A stretch of DNA of 64,000 nt from Paragordius varius (lineage: Eukaryota > Animalia > Nematomorpha): positions 186,001 to 250,000 of the forward strand of contig OZ176059.1 of assembly GCA_964247055.1 (NCBI GenBank). Direction: 5' to 3'. Each line of letters begins with the position of its first letter. The first letter of the stretch is position 1. The notes under the pieces are model-generated. The model was not told the DNA's origin and did no database searches. It worked only from the letters and a program-made list of their open reading frames with translations. The translations under genes and the position numbers were made by a program. This document shows, piece by piece, positions 13,101-59,400 of the stretch.

Positions 13101-13890
13101 CACTAGGTGCCAAAACCAAAAACACTATGATAATGCTGATAAATATTCCTAGAATATATATTTCATCAAGATATTTTTCAGACTTCCGATTTTAAGCAAA
13201 GTGAAAAATGTTGAATATGAAAATTTATTGTTTAGAAATTTTGTCGAAAGTTTTAAATGGTACTTTTTTCATCATGCTGAACATTTCTAATGCTCAAGAA
13301 GTTTAAATATTTGTTTGCTCTAAAATATTGAAAAACTGTAAAAAAATACATTTATATTTACATAAATTTGAAGCACATATTTAAATTAAAATTTAAACTA
13401 TAGAAATGTTCAGCATTATCATATTATAGAAAAAGTGTTTTTTTATATCCTAAAGCGTTTTTATATTTATGATATGTTGGGATGTTTTTTGGAAGGAAGC
13501 ATTTAGATCCAAGTTTACAAAAATATGAGGAGATTTTGCCCTTTTCTGATATGGAGTACTTACAAAAAAGTATAAATAACTTTTTTATATCATTCGCAAG
13601 GGCCAAAACATCCATCATGATATTGCTGATATATTTTCCTATTAAATTTATATATATTTTAGGTTTTTTTTAATACCCCCCATTGGACAACAATAAAGTA
13701 ATTTGTCTAAAAATTTAATTATATTAAAATTTCGCAATTTATATAAACAATTTATATCGTTATACCGTGTTTACCTTTGATTTTAAAATTTTTATCCAAT
13801 GATAAAGCCAATCTTGATTTTATTATCATATGTGTTTATTTTTTTGAAAATTGGTTAATCAATTCAAGTGATAACTGCCTACCGTTATAA

Positions 13891-46800
<32,910 letters not shown>

Positions 46801-46812
46801 GGGCAAACATAT

Positions 46813-47105
46813 CGTGAAAATTGAAATTATACCGACAAAACGTAAAATTAAAAGGACAATTTTTTTTTCAAAGACAACCATACAATTTTTTAAACCATAA
46901 TTTATCCTATCAATTGCTACAATCGTTAATTACATAAGGATTATGTCATCAATAAACATTTCTATACGCTTTGCACAGTTTAAAACAATGAATTAATTAT
47001 ATTTTAATAAAAATTTAAAATTTTAAAAGTAAGGTTGTGTTTTGGGAAAAAATATTTGTCTTTATATTTTTACGTTTTGTCCGTGTGTAATTTCAAGTTT
47101 TACTG
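46813..47105. mobile_element. R1 MITE starting 12 nt after the CKAP5 stop codon
   Basis: Both R1 arms present; contains AATAAA at 46951 and 47006. Confidence 0.8.
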
Positions 47106-47641
47106 TAATTATATTTTTGTTAACTTGTTATATACTTATATAGCAAGTAAGTATTTATGTAGCTTTTCATTTATGACACACCCTTGTCTAAAAATATATA
47201 TCATTCAAATATGAAACAAGAAAACTTTACATGTTTGCATTTTTTATGTCCCCTAGAACCACCCTTTATTGCACTATTTTTCATACACACTCACACCTAT
47301 TTATATCTCTGTAAATATTCTTTATTTTATTAAATTTAAGTTGGCATATATTAAATTTTTGGATTATTTTGCATATGTAGCTTTTCTTATCCAACATTTT
47401 TATAAGTTGATACTTGTTATAAATATATTTTATATACAAAATTTGATATTTGTTACTTTACTCTAATTACCCATTATTATGAATGCTTATAATTGTTTTT
47501 TTCCATCCCCAACCCTTGAAATATATATAGATAATGTTGTTATACTTGAAAACATTGTAAAACAATAATAAAATGGCTCCGTACTGTTAATAAAGTAATA
47601 TGAATATGAAAATCATGTGGTATATTATAACGGTCTGATTA

Positions 47642-47975
47642 CACTAGAATACAATTTTGACTTTTTTTAGTTGCCTTTCTTGTAAATTTGATATTTATTT
47701 CATTATGGTAAATAAATAGTATATCTAATAAAATTGGTCTAACATATAAGAATTTTTTATTAGAGTTTATCGATAATTTTTGGCCCCGATTTAACATTAA
47801 ATTCGAAATTTTAAAAATCAAATGTTTTAGATATGAATCCATGGATTTTATATCATTTGAAAGAGCGCCAAAAACTGTCAAATGGTAGTAAGTCATTTAA
47901 ATCAATCGGATGTAAAAGTTTTTTGGTTTATATGGTCGAAATTTTCAACCCTTAAATAAGTCAAAAACTTTGTTA
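47642..47975 (-). mobile_element. Fragment of the CACT-ended element
   Basis: Reverse-complement similarity to about 36600-36942, also visible as the similar translations of ORFs 47639-47896 and 36675-36926. Confidence 0.7.
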
Positions 47976-48153
47976 ATTATTTTGATTTGGTCATAATTCA
48001 ATAATAAACTTGCTGAAAGGTAGTCAGTTAATCATAAAGAATCATTTATATTCGTATAAAATAGCTTAACATTATTGTATTTGGTGTGATATTTATAAGT
48101 TAGATTCAAAATTTAAAGAGCGAAAAATTTTATTATAATTTAAATAAAAATTG

Positions 48154-49470
48154 CAGGGACTACAAATGGCATCCCTGGCCGCATTTATAACTTAAAGATT
48201 TGGCGCTTCGCACTTGAAATATATATGTGCGATCATTAATCAATTTATTAGGCTTCACACGTTAGACCAGTGGTACTCACCAAAAAAATTTGACGGGCCA
48301 AATAAAATATATTTTTTTTCGAGGGCCATTAACCTAATAATGACAAATATTCCATAGCTATTTGACACATATGGACATATTTTTACTAAATCAGCACAAT
48401 GAATTTTTTGCGGATCGCGTGTAAATCCAGCTAAAAACTCGTTTTGAACCATTTAGTTTAAAAAATTAAAATATTTTGGTAACATTTATTTTGATGGTAA
48501 CCAATAATATTTGACAAATATGCTTCCGCCTAATGACAGGCCAATCTTAATACGTCGTCCATATGATCATCAAAGCTATTATTGTATGTATTCTTGGCAT
48601 ACTTCATTTAGAAATATGCCATCTCACACGTGTAAGTTGAGCGAAAAACAGAATAACTTAAATTTTTTTATATATTCATTATTTGGTCTTGCCAAAACTC
48701 TACATATCTTCTTCACTACGATTCTCCTTGATTATAGCCTCCGAATCGGTATCATCTTTAAAATCAACGAATACTTCAATGACATACGCCTGATCAAAAC
48801 CGAAATGCTCATGTTGCCTAATATTGGATATATCCATATTCCATGGATTTTCAACGGGTTTTAAGCAATTTTTGATATTTCCTAATTCTTGAAATCTGAA
48901 ATCTTATTAGATAATGTTATATGATTGTCTATTATAATGTTTATCTCCACGGTAAATTCCATATTTTATTCATGAATCGTTTTAAGTGTATAATATAGGA
49001 GTGTTTTTTCTATAAAATGTTTATATTTTATTAATTTTTCTTCAAAAGCAAATATTAGATTAGCGAATTGGGTCATTATTTTGCTCCCTTTAAAATACTA
49101 AGTTTATAAGTAATGTCGCAAAGGTTTGGTAATAAAAACGCATGTCACTATTAATTTCCTCGTCATACTTTCTGTCACCTTTTATAAATAATAGAATTTC
49201 ATGTCTTAAAACAAAAAATCTATTTATTTTTTGCTAAGGCTAGCCATCTCGCAACGGTGTACAAGAGAATATCATCAACTTTGAATATCTTTTAGAAGGT
49301 TTTTGAATTTAAGGCGGTTGAATATTCTGTCACGGATGTGGTTAGCTATGTCCACAACCGTTTTAATTACTGAATTGAGTGATTCATCTTTTACACACGA
49401 AACCATTTTTCGCTGATGAATAAAGCAGTGAAAGGATAAAATATTTTGCAAATACATTTGTTTTTCAAAA
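48154..49470 (-). pseudogene. Heavily decayed Buster-type hAT fossil
   Basis: Minus-strand remnants FHCFIHQ...VVDIANHIR...FKNLL (49275-49457), LLYTVARWLAL (about 49240-49270) and STYTCEMAYF*MKYAK...DDVLRLA (about 48540-48640); CAGGG..GGCCGCATTT terminus-like sequence at 48154. Confidence 0.75.
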
Positions 49471-49610
49471 GAGGAATAAATCCTTTGTTTATTCCAATCA
49501 TAGAGGAACAGCCAACTGTGCAGATTAAAACCAATTTTTTATGGATATACCATTATTATCGAAAAAAGTGCTAATTATTTCGATAAAATCACTTTCTTTT
49601 GTGGTATGAT

Positions 49611-50580
49611 TAAGGTGACCAGATTTTTTGAAGGAAAAAGCGGGACAATCTGAGAAGGGGGGGGATTGAGGGGTACAACCAAAAATTTTTATACAAAAAA
49701 TTTATTGTAATATTTATTTATTTTAAACACAAATACATTATTAATATAAAAAAATTTGTACCTTACAGGTTGTTTGTACCTTATTCAATAAATTTACATG
49801 TGTACGAACAAAGGGTTAAGTGATTGTAATATCCTAGAAAATAATAAAGACGAAATCATCACAAAGTGCGCTGGGTGATGCAAGAAGCGGCACAAAAAAT
49901 ATTTTTAACAATTTAGCGAATAATCTTAATCAAAACATTATTGGCAGATACACAACGCTATTCAAACAGCTACTGATTTTTACCCCTGAATGTGGAAAAT
50001 ATAGATGTTAGCTTGGATATTGTAGAACTGTTGGTTAGCTCTTTTGCCAGCGATTGAAATATTTTTTAAAATGTGTCCTAGAATCCTATTTTTTTTATCA
50101 CAGGACAAAGGTCAAAATTTCAAGTCAAAAAAGGTTAGAAAATAATTTTATATTATTACCTAATCGCAATATTATAAAGCATCCAGAAAAACAAGGCTAA
50201 ATGAATAGCCAGAATATAAAAATGTTTTATACAAACAGAAACAATTATTTGGAAGACTAGACGGTACACAATGACAATTTTTTATGAAGTCTCATTATTA
50301 TATAAATATATTGAATGAAAACTTATATTATGGACAACAGAAAAAAATACGTAGGATAGAAATGGTTAAAATAATCATTTTTAAACATGTTCCATACAAT
50401 AATATTTTAATTGTAGAATTTGCATTATCTTTACCTGAACCACTGCTATTGAACGCGTTTTTCCACAGTAAATTAAGTAAGGAAAATCAAATTTAAATGT
50501 TGAATAAGTGCTATTTTATGTGTTCAAATATAATTTGACAAATTATGAAGACTTATACAATATTTTAAGTAATTTTGTTT
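49611..50580 (+). pseudogene. Decayed Blackjack-type hAT (terminus plus transposase remnants)
   Basis: TAAGGTGACCAGAT..GCGGGACA resembles the Blackjack (MER81-like) terminus; remnants GYCRT..WLALLPAIEIF (about 50015-50065), SYFLSQDK and VEFALSLP. Confidence 0.65.
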
Positions 50581-50589
50581 ATTTTTTAA

Positions 50590-51140
50590 CATAAAAACTT
50601 TATAAATATAAGAAAATATTTTCTTGGTATATTTTTTGTTTGAGTGAATGCGTTTTAGCAGATTGTCATCATTTTTTAAAATATTGTAGAAGTCCTCACA
50701 AGAATTTATCAAATTATATTTGACAGATAAAACGGCCTTTAAAGTTTCAACATTTAAATTTGATTTTTCCGATGTCCACACCTGATTTACTGTGGAAAAC
50801 GCGCTTAGGAGCAGCGTTGGTTCCAGGTAAAGATAGTGCGAATTCCACAATTTTTAAAATATTATTGTATGTAATATAATTGGTTTCAAAATGATGAAAT
50901 ATTTCCAACCATTTCTTTTCTGCTGTATATTTATCTTTTGTCCATAATTTAAGTTTTTCATTATTAATATATCTTTTAAAATGATACTTCAGAAAAAAGA
51001 TCATTTTCTGAAAGATTACTTTTTGAGAATTTTTGGGAGCAGATTTAATCAAATGATTTTTGAACATCGCACCAATTAAATTCTGATTTTAATGTTATCC
51101 AATGAAAATGATTAATTTCATTCAATTGCGTCGTCCGATT
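50590..51140 (-). pseudogene. Second Blackjack-type hAT transposase C-terminal remnant, opposite orientation
   Basis: HWITLKSEFNWCDVQKSF, KWLEIFHHF, NILKIVEFALSLPGTNAAPKRVF and VNQVWTSEKSNLNVETLKAVLSVKYNLINSCEDFYNILK...LKRIHSNKKY (hAT dimerisation domain, frameshifted). Confidence 0.8.
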
Positions 51141-53489
51141 TTGCTTGCAAGTCTCTCTTATCGGGCTTTACGATTACTTATTGTTATTTTTGCCATATCT
51201 GGCATAATTGGATCGCTTGGGGGATATGCAGAGCTTGTGCAGCCGCCCGGATCTATCACACTATACATAAGCCCCTTTTAGATTTTTAATACTTTGGCTC
51301 TTAGCTTGTTTAGTATCTTATTTAATGCGTAGAGTTTTGTTATTCATGCATGGAATATTACTTGTATCGACTTGTTCGTTTGAATATTTAAACATATGTA
51401 CACGAGGAATGATTGTTATTTTTAAATTAAATACAAATTTAAAAATTAAATTTCGGAAAAATCCTATTGGTGGCCTCCTTTTTTGTTTTGGCCTTTCCAT
51501 GCCATTAGGTATCAGAAAATGCAAAAATAATGGGGTGGTGCAAAACCTTGTTGAGCAGTGATATCTTAATTTGAAGTTAATTGGGCATTTTATAAGCACC
51601 CTTAATTTTTTAATACTTTTATTGTAAGTCCATTTATTAAAATAATCAAAGTATATTTTTGCATCACTGAAAAAGAGTTAATAAGCGTATGTGAAACGGG
51701 TAAAATCAAACTATTTGAGTGCCTGCTAAAGTACATTTAACGGTGAAATCAAACAATCCTTTCCCTATATTATTATTTTAACATTTTTATTTTAAATTTT
51801 GGTCAAACATTTTTTATACAATAGCTAATGCACAAAAAAATATGAATACGAAGCAAATTTATTAAAATTAGCAAGCGTGTTTAAATCTAATAAATTTCTT
51901 TCAATGCTACTTGCTAAACGTGTTTTGTATACTATTTTGATTGATTTATCTTTAACCTTTTCTATATGTATTTTGATTACATTGTGAGTTGACTTGACAG
52001 TAGGCGCCTTTGAGTTACATGTACCGTTTTAGTAAATACTTGATGTTTTAAATTGACTTATTTAAACTTATTTTGATAATTTTAATTATTTTTTAATTAA
52101 AACGGATGTTTATAACTTTTACCAAAATGTGCAATTTAATTTTAATAATTACAATATATAAAACAAATATTTTTTTATTACATAATCATTTGAAATGTAC
52201 AATATCTATTATTAAATTTTTAAAGTTTTTAATATCCTATTTCAATAAAGCAAAATATAATATCGGCACCACATAATATGTATGTACTTCACTTAATCAT
52301 TAAACACATAATAATAAGTATGCATTAAAATTACCACAGTAGCTTCGTAAGGGGCTAACTTGCTGTTTTCAAGTAGCAAAAAATTTATTTTATTTCTAAT
52401 TTATACTTTAATATGAATACATGTAACATTCCATTATAATAGTAATGATTATGGCGTCAATATTCCCTTAATTTAAATGATTATCAGTTTGAAAATGTAA
52501 TTACAGCAGCGTATGGTAACAAACAACAAACGGTTAAAATTAAACATTTTCCCCCTATACTTTAATAAAAACTTTGTATACTTAATTTTTTTATCCCATA
52601 TGCCACTCTGATAGAGGGAAAAGTATGTTTTATCCAGTGTATATACATATTTTCTTGAAATTTCAAAAAGTCGGCACAATAGGACAAATATAAAAACCGA
52701 TCGCATTCAAATAGTTATTTAAATTTAAATTTTTACACTTTTATAATTTTATATATTATCTAAAATCAAATATTTTTTATCTTTTTTTTAGAAAAATCTT
52801 TTATATATCTATGTATCTGTACAAGGTTTTATATCATGATAACGAACGATTTGCACACAAAAAAGTATTTATTGGCGACTAAAGGACGATAGTTTTATTT
52901 TTTATACACAATACTTATTAAGATATAAAATTCTTTATAATTATACACACACATTCCTTTAATATTTTCCAAAATTTGTCGTTTCATATATACGAAACAT
53001 CTTCATTATCTATTTTTTCTATATACATATTATATGTATATTCGTTTTGAAACTAAAACTTGTATTTAGCAATTATACCAATATTATACATAAATACAAA
53101 TATTCTGTCCTGTACAAATTTATATTATTTGTCAGCATCATTCGGATAAAGTTTGTTTTATTATAATGTTATTTTGCGTCAACCCTTTGGACTTTTTTTC
53201 CTCCTGTCCAAAAAAATATTTTTCTAAATATTATACCTGTAATTTATGGTAATTAGTTTGATTTTGTTTGTATTTCAGAGCACAACAATGGGAATTTAAA
53301 TTAACATGTCACATATAAAGACGACAATTTTTGGTATATGTAGCTCATTTTCTACAAATGTTTGTTTTTTCTATTGTCGTCAGCTATACAATTTGACATT
53401 TAATTTATGATGATTTCACCATCGCATTTTTTGATAAAAAAACCTAAAATAAAATATTTAATACCCATGGTTACTCCCAACTACAAACT

Positions 53490-56400
53490 ATGAGATTACA
53501 TTCGAAATCTGAATTTTTATTATCGTCTGCCGATTACCTAAACGATCAACAAAATTCGTCTGCCCATCATAAACGATTGGGATCCAATAGGAACGATTTA
53601 AATAAAATTAATAACATTTCCAATAAAAATTTCTCAAAAAATTCCGATAAATATTCCCATCTACCCTCAAGTGATGAATTTAAAAACGGAATTCTTTTCA
53701 CGGCAAGGGTAATTTAAGCTTTTCGATTTATTTTTATGTTTAATATATTAATTTATGCAGGAAAATTATGATAGTTAAAATTTATTTTAATGAATACAAT
53801 TTTTCATTAGTTAGCTTAATAATTTCACCGGCAATATGTTTTTAACACTTGACGATCTTTTGGCTAAAATATTGGAATTTATGTGATATAGTTTACCTTG
53901 AAGTTTTTTAAGGTTATGTTTCATATATTTCACATTAAATTTTGTCGTGCATTTGATCATATTTATAAGTAAAAAAACCAATTATCATGTCATCGATTTC
54001 AATTATAGGTTTTATTATACATAATATATTTAGTTTTAAGATGCTAGATTTCAGTGAAATATGTATGGATTACTGATTGCAAAAATATTCATTTTTCTAA
54101 ATTTTTTTCTAAATATGATGAATTTTGACAACTAAAATCATCTTCATAATCTTATTATATATAACTTGTGCATGCTAAATTTCCTTATGACATAAAAAAT
54201 TGCCCATGTTTTTTTTCAATAAAAGTAGGAACATATTGCCTGTTTTTTTATCAAATATTGGGACCGATTGCATTTATAGCAAAAAGATTTACTAATTAAT
54301 CGGCTATTAACTGTATAAATGTATAAAAGCTGATAGTTGTCATAAACAGGAGTGTCCTGTCCTGTTCTTTTATAAATGTAATTGATATATATTGTTGGCA
54401 ATTATCTATATATCAATGTATAAAAGTTAATTAAAAAAAGTGTTAAAATAAATGGTTAGAGTAGTCTATAAACCTTTCTAGCAAAATTTTGTGCAACACA
54501 GAAATCCGAACTATTAAAGGACAAGATTAAACATAAAATATACATACATTTTAAAAGATTTTATTTATATTAAAAGCTCCATTGGCTATGATTCTTTTTC
54601 TAATTTACTTATAATATCAAGTACAGCAAACCTTTTTTTAGTGGCCCCACAAAAAGTCTTTTTAACATTTTTTAACATTATCAGCGGAAAATGCAAAAAA
54701 CTTTTCTTGCTAAAGATATCCGTACAAAATAGTATCCCTATAGGTCAAACACTTATTGATAATAAATCATGATCGATTTGGATTTACTCGACAAATTTTT
54801 TTTAATAATTATATTTTTTGAATTAAATTACTTCCATTTAAGTTATTTATTTTGCGTTTCTTTGAATGTAAGATACTTGGTATTTTGGGGTTTAATGTTA
54901 AATTCAAGTCCAGACTTAAACTAATTCCACCCTACTTATACCTATTATTTTAGTAACAAAATGACAAGAAATTAGATTTTTGAAAATTTGCAGTCAAAAA
55001 ATTTTAAGTATATCAAAAGAGTGAGATGATGAAAACTTGATTAAAATTTGCGTGTGTGAGAGTAATAATAGTCATAAATAGTTCTTAAAACTTATCTTTG
55101 ACAGTTTCATTTATTATGTAATATATATATATATATAGATATTACTTTGTATTATAAATTAGCTTCTTTAACTTATACTCTGTATGTTCAAAGAATTAGC
55201 CATTACTTGACACTTTAATATTAGCACTTCATATTTAGGCTACATAATATTTAATTTAAAGTTAAAATTGTTTTTTTCGAACGAGAAGTGGACGATCATA
55301 CATATCTAATCTTGTATTTTATGTTATATTTGACAATAAATATCAAAAGTTTTTTATTATTATATTTTAGCATTTATAGAAGATACTCATAACATAACGA
55401 TTTGAATTATGAAACAACAATTTCATAATTGATATAATTAACACTTTATTACTTTTGGGGTAGTTTTGTAATCCGGAGAGATTTAAGATCAAATACCTAA
55501 AAAAATAATTAAGATATTGGACGACATTTAAAAAATATGGATTTAAGCCTTTTAGATAGGTAGGTATTTTATTAGGTCGAGTTGGACCTTTTGGAAATAA
55601 AAATGACTAGTTCTCTCCACTTACCTCTTTTGCATGCTATTTCCTTCCACTATACATCTACCAGATTTTTTTTACAGAGCCCAGCCATCTTAACTTCGGT
55701 CTTCCTTTTTTATTTTTCCCTTCAACCTTCCAGAAAATCAAATCTTCTGGGTTGCACTTCAAATGTGCCCATAGTACGTAAACCTTCTTATTATTATAAC
55801 TCGCATTAAGTGACTCTCAATAATTAATTTTTCTCTGATTGTTTCATTCTTAACCTTGACATACCATCTAATATTAAACATTCTCCTCCAACACAACATT
55901 TCCAATGCTGCAATCCATTTTTTATCATTCAGTAATGTCCAATTTTCTGCAGCATAAGTCGCTATCTGAAAAACCATGCATTTCATTACTCTAATTATAT
56001 TGATATCATTACTTTTCTATAATTTAGTCAACTTGGTCGCAGGTGACTTCTCTAATGCTCTGCGGCGTTTAATATCTGGCGTGGAGGAGCCGTTGATATC
56101 TATTAGGGAGCCTTAAATTTTAATGTAAGCAACCTCATCTCAACTTTTTGCCGCCATTTTTTTCTAATTTTTTATATCGCTATTACAATGGGCAAATAAT
56201 TGTACATTATATAAATAATTAATTTTAAAAGCTTTCAAATTACATTTTAAATATTTAATATTTGTTTATGTAAATCGTTTGGCCTGTTCCCATTTTGCCT
56301 AGTCAGACTGTAAAAAAAATCCATCTTTTTAACCTCAATGGTAGATTTAATTTTACAAAAACAGCTATCAAAATACTATTTGATTTACAAGTTAAGGCTC

Positions 56401-59400
56401 TGGCGCACAAAACTACCCCAAAATGAAATCGACTACAAAAAAATGAAAAAGTGTTAAAAATCATTGAAATTGTGTATGATAATATTTTATTATCATCGGT
56501 GCCTAGAATATTTTTTTGAATATATTTTTTTAATTTTTTTAAATAGTTTATTGGAAGCATGGAAGTGCCAAAACCCACGAATCGAACAGATATAGTTGTG
56601 GCCATGCGACGTATTCGAGTAATTCTATGTTAAATTTATATGCATAAAAATTTATATCTTTATTAATATAAATTTAAATAATTGGAGGTTTTAATTATCG
56701 ATATTATTACATTTCAAAAAATAATTAACCTTTTCCATCTCCATTTCCAATCATATTTTATTTTTCATTGAAACTATCATTTTTTTTAATCAATTAAAGG
56801 TTTGAAATACAATTTCTCCTAAACAGATTTAATAAAACTAAAATAATTAAAGGACCTAGTTTGATTTATATTAATGTAAAACGGGCTTTTAATCAACATA
56901 GGATAAAATTTTCTTAATATAAAAACATGGCCCCCGCGTATATTTCGTGCCACATCGATTAATGTATTAAAGTTTTTTTTTCATAATATATATGTGTTTA
57001 ATCAAATATTTATCATTAAATCGGTCCTTTTCTCGCATTATATATCAAAGGACAAGAGAATTATAATTTTAAGCTTGAATATTTAGCAGCCCATACAAAA
57101 AAAGATAAAATAAAAAACCAACATTTAAATTGTAAATAATTGTATGATGAATATAGCTTTTTTCAAAAAAAATTAATCAATCAAATCCTGAGTTTTTAAA
57201 CTATAACATTTTTATTTATTATATCTTTAATCTTATTCCCAATGGCAAAATATTAAAATTAAATCGACTTTTACAGACATTACTATATAACAATTAAACC
57301 TATTATTAATAAGCCTGAAAACGACATATTGGAATTTTATTTGTACTAACTATTGTTAAATCCGTGAAATAATTTATCGCACTGATGAGTGCTAACAAGT
57401 ACGAAACTGTCTCCAATTAATATTGACAAAGGGCTTCACATATCATTTATATTTGTTTATAAAGATTTTCAGTTAATTTTATTTAATTTTCGTTTATCAT
57501 TATTTCACGGATTAAATATCATTTAAACATTATTTATCCGTCATTTACCATTAAAATCTGATTTATTTTATCACATAGTGTACAAGTTATTTCATAATTA
57601 CAATATGTTTAACATATTACAATAGCTTGAGTTTAAGGCTAATGGCGTCCAAAAACGACCAATCAAACTTATGGTTTCCTTAGATGGTATACATGTTACA
57701 TATAAGTTGCCAAAAAAGGTATATTTTTAGCCCACAATATACAGTAAAAATTAAAATTATACGGACAAATCGTTAAATTTTTTTTTCAAGAAACCATATT
57801 TTTTAAAACCTTAATTTACCCTTTTAATATCATTTAATAACAATAAATATGTAATTGATTGTGTTATTTATATGCATCTCTATTATATACTTTGCAGTTT
57901 AAAACAATCATATTCAAAAAAAATCAAGATTTAAAAAATATTTGTCTTTATATTTTAAGTTTTGTCTGTATAATTTCATTATTTACTGTAAATTTTATTT
58001 AATTTTTTCAAAGTTGTATCACTTATATATATAAATATTTTGAATTAGTAGAATTCAATTGGATTGAGTTATTTTATAACATAATATTCAAAAGCAACAT
58101 TTTTTTCAACAAAACGCACAATTTTTCTCAAGCAAACGGAACGTTTTTAATTCCGTTTGGATATGAAATGTTGCGTATGGTTGAAAAATTGTATATGCAA
58201 TTTATTAAAATATATTATTAGTGTATTTTGGATAAAAGTTTATTTTAATTATTTACTTGTTTTTGGCTTATTTATGATCTACATAATATCCAAGTTATTT
58301 ATATTTTAATCAGGTATGTCCAACACTAATGGCTTTGAGGGCCGCATTTAAAATATACATAGGCACTTACAAATATTTTATTAGATATCAAATATAAAAC
58401 TGCAAAATAAAAACTGAATGTAACATTTTTTTCTCGTTTTCTTGCTCTTTGGATTATTTAGAAAAAAGTGTGTAAGAATTTTATATTTTATTAAAATATT
58501 ATGAGCATGTTTTTGCAAATTATGGCTTTCAAAATTTTGGCAGGCCGCACACACAGTGCAGCCATCATTGATTTGAATTATGTCAAAAATTTTAAACCTT
58601 ATTTATTTATCGAAAAAGGGTATGGTTATCAGATAAGCTAATTGCTTTTAAACAACATTATACTGATTGAAATGTATGTATATTATTATATACATTAAAT
58701 AAACTAATATTCGGATGATACTAGCTATTAAATTTGCTCATGCATACAATACAATTATTAAAATTTAAAAAGACAAAAATATTATTATAACATGCCTTTT
58801 TGCCATCCATCTTTTATTATAAAATGAAACAAGTATATTGGAAATGATGAATTTATACCATTCATTGCCTCCTATAATGATAAATCTTCACAATGGTCAC
58901 ATTTTTTTGCCATTTTTTTTTATTAACTACTTTTTTTTCTTGTGTCGAATCACATAATAAAAAATAATTTATGCAGAAATAGTAGATAATAATATTAATA
59001 TTTCATACAAAAATTTTAATATAACTTTGATATCAAATATATGTTTATTAATCCTCAAGGGATCCATCCATAATTTTTTACACACATATATATACTTATA
59101 GAATTTATTACACATATATTAATTTGTCTTTATCATTATGACACAGAAAAGTAATGAAGATATTTTAATTACTTTTTAGGATATGAAATCTATTTTTTTG
59201 AAAATTTTTTACCGTATTAATATACCGATATTCATTTGTTTGTTTGTTAATATTTCGACTCGAATTGGGACATCTAAATATACCCCAAATAATATTTAAG
59301 CTGTATTATTTAACTACCAAAAGAAACGGTCCCGATTCGAATTCATGCTAAAGCCAAAATACTAAATTAAATTTAGTTTTGGAAAAAAAAGTTGAGTATC

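Noticed and set aside
13482-13673. Plus-strand ORF as the first CKAP5 exon
   Set aside because: No TOG similarity; the 16-nt exon at 13891 gives the expected MSEDIDVSKLSLEDRC start.
51300-53200. Small ORFs between the hAT fossils and NOS1AP
   Set aside because: F/I/K/N-rich translations typical of AT-rich non-coding DNA, with no recognisable motifs or consistent splice sites.
56303-56605. 100-aa minus-strand ORF
   Set aside because: It overlaps NOS1AP exon 2 antisense, and the rest is AT-rich intron.
58300-58330. TTTAATCAG|GTATGT as a recursive splice site in the long NOS1AP intron
   Set aside because: The sequence continues CCAACACTAATGGCTTTGAGGGCCGCATTT, so it is a decayed hAT MITE terminus.
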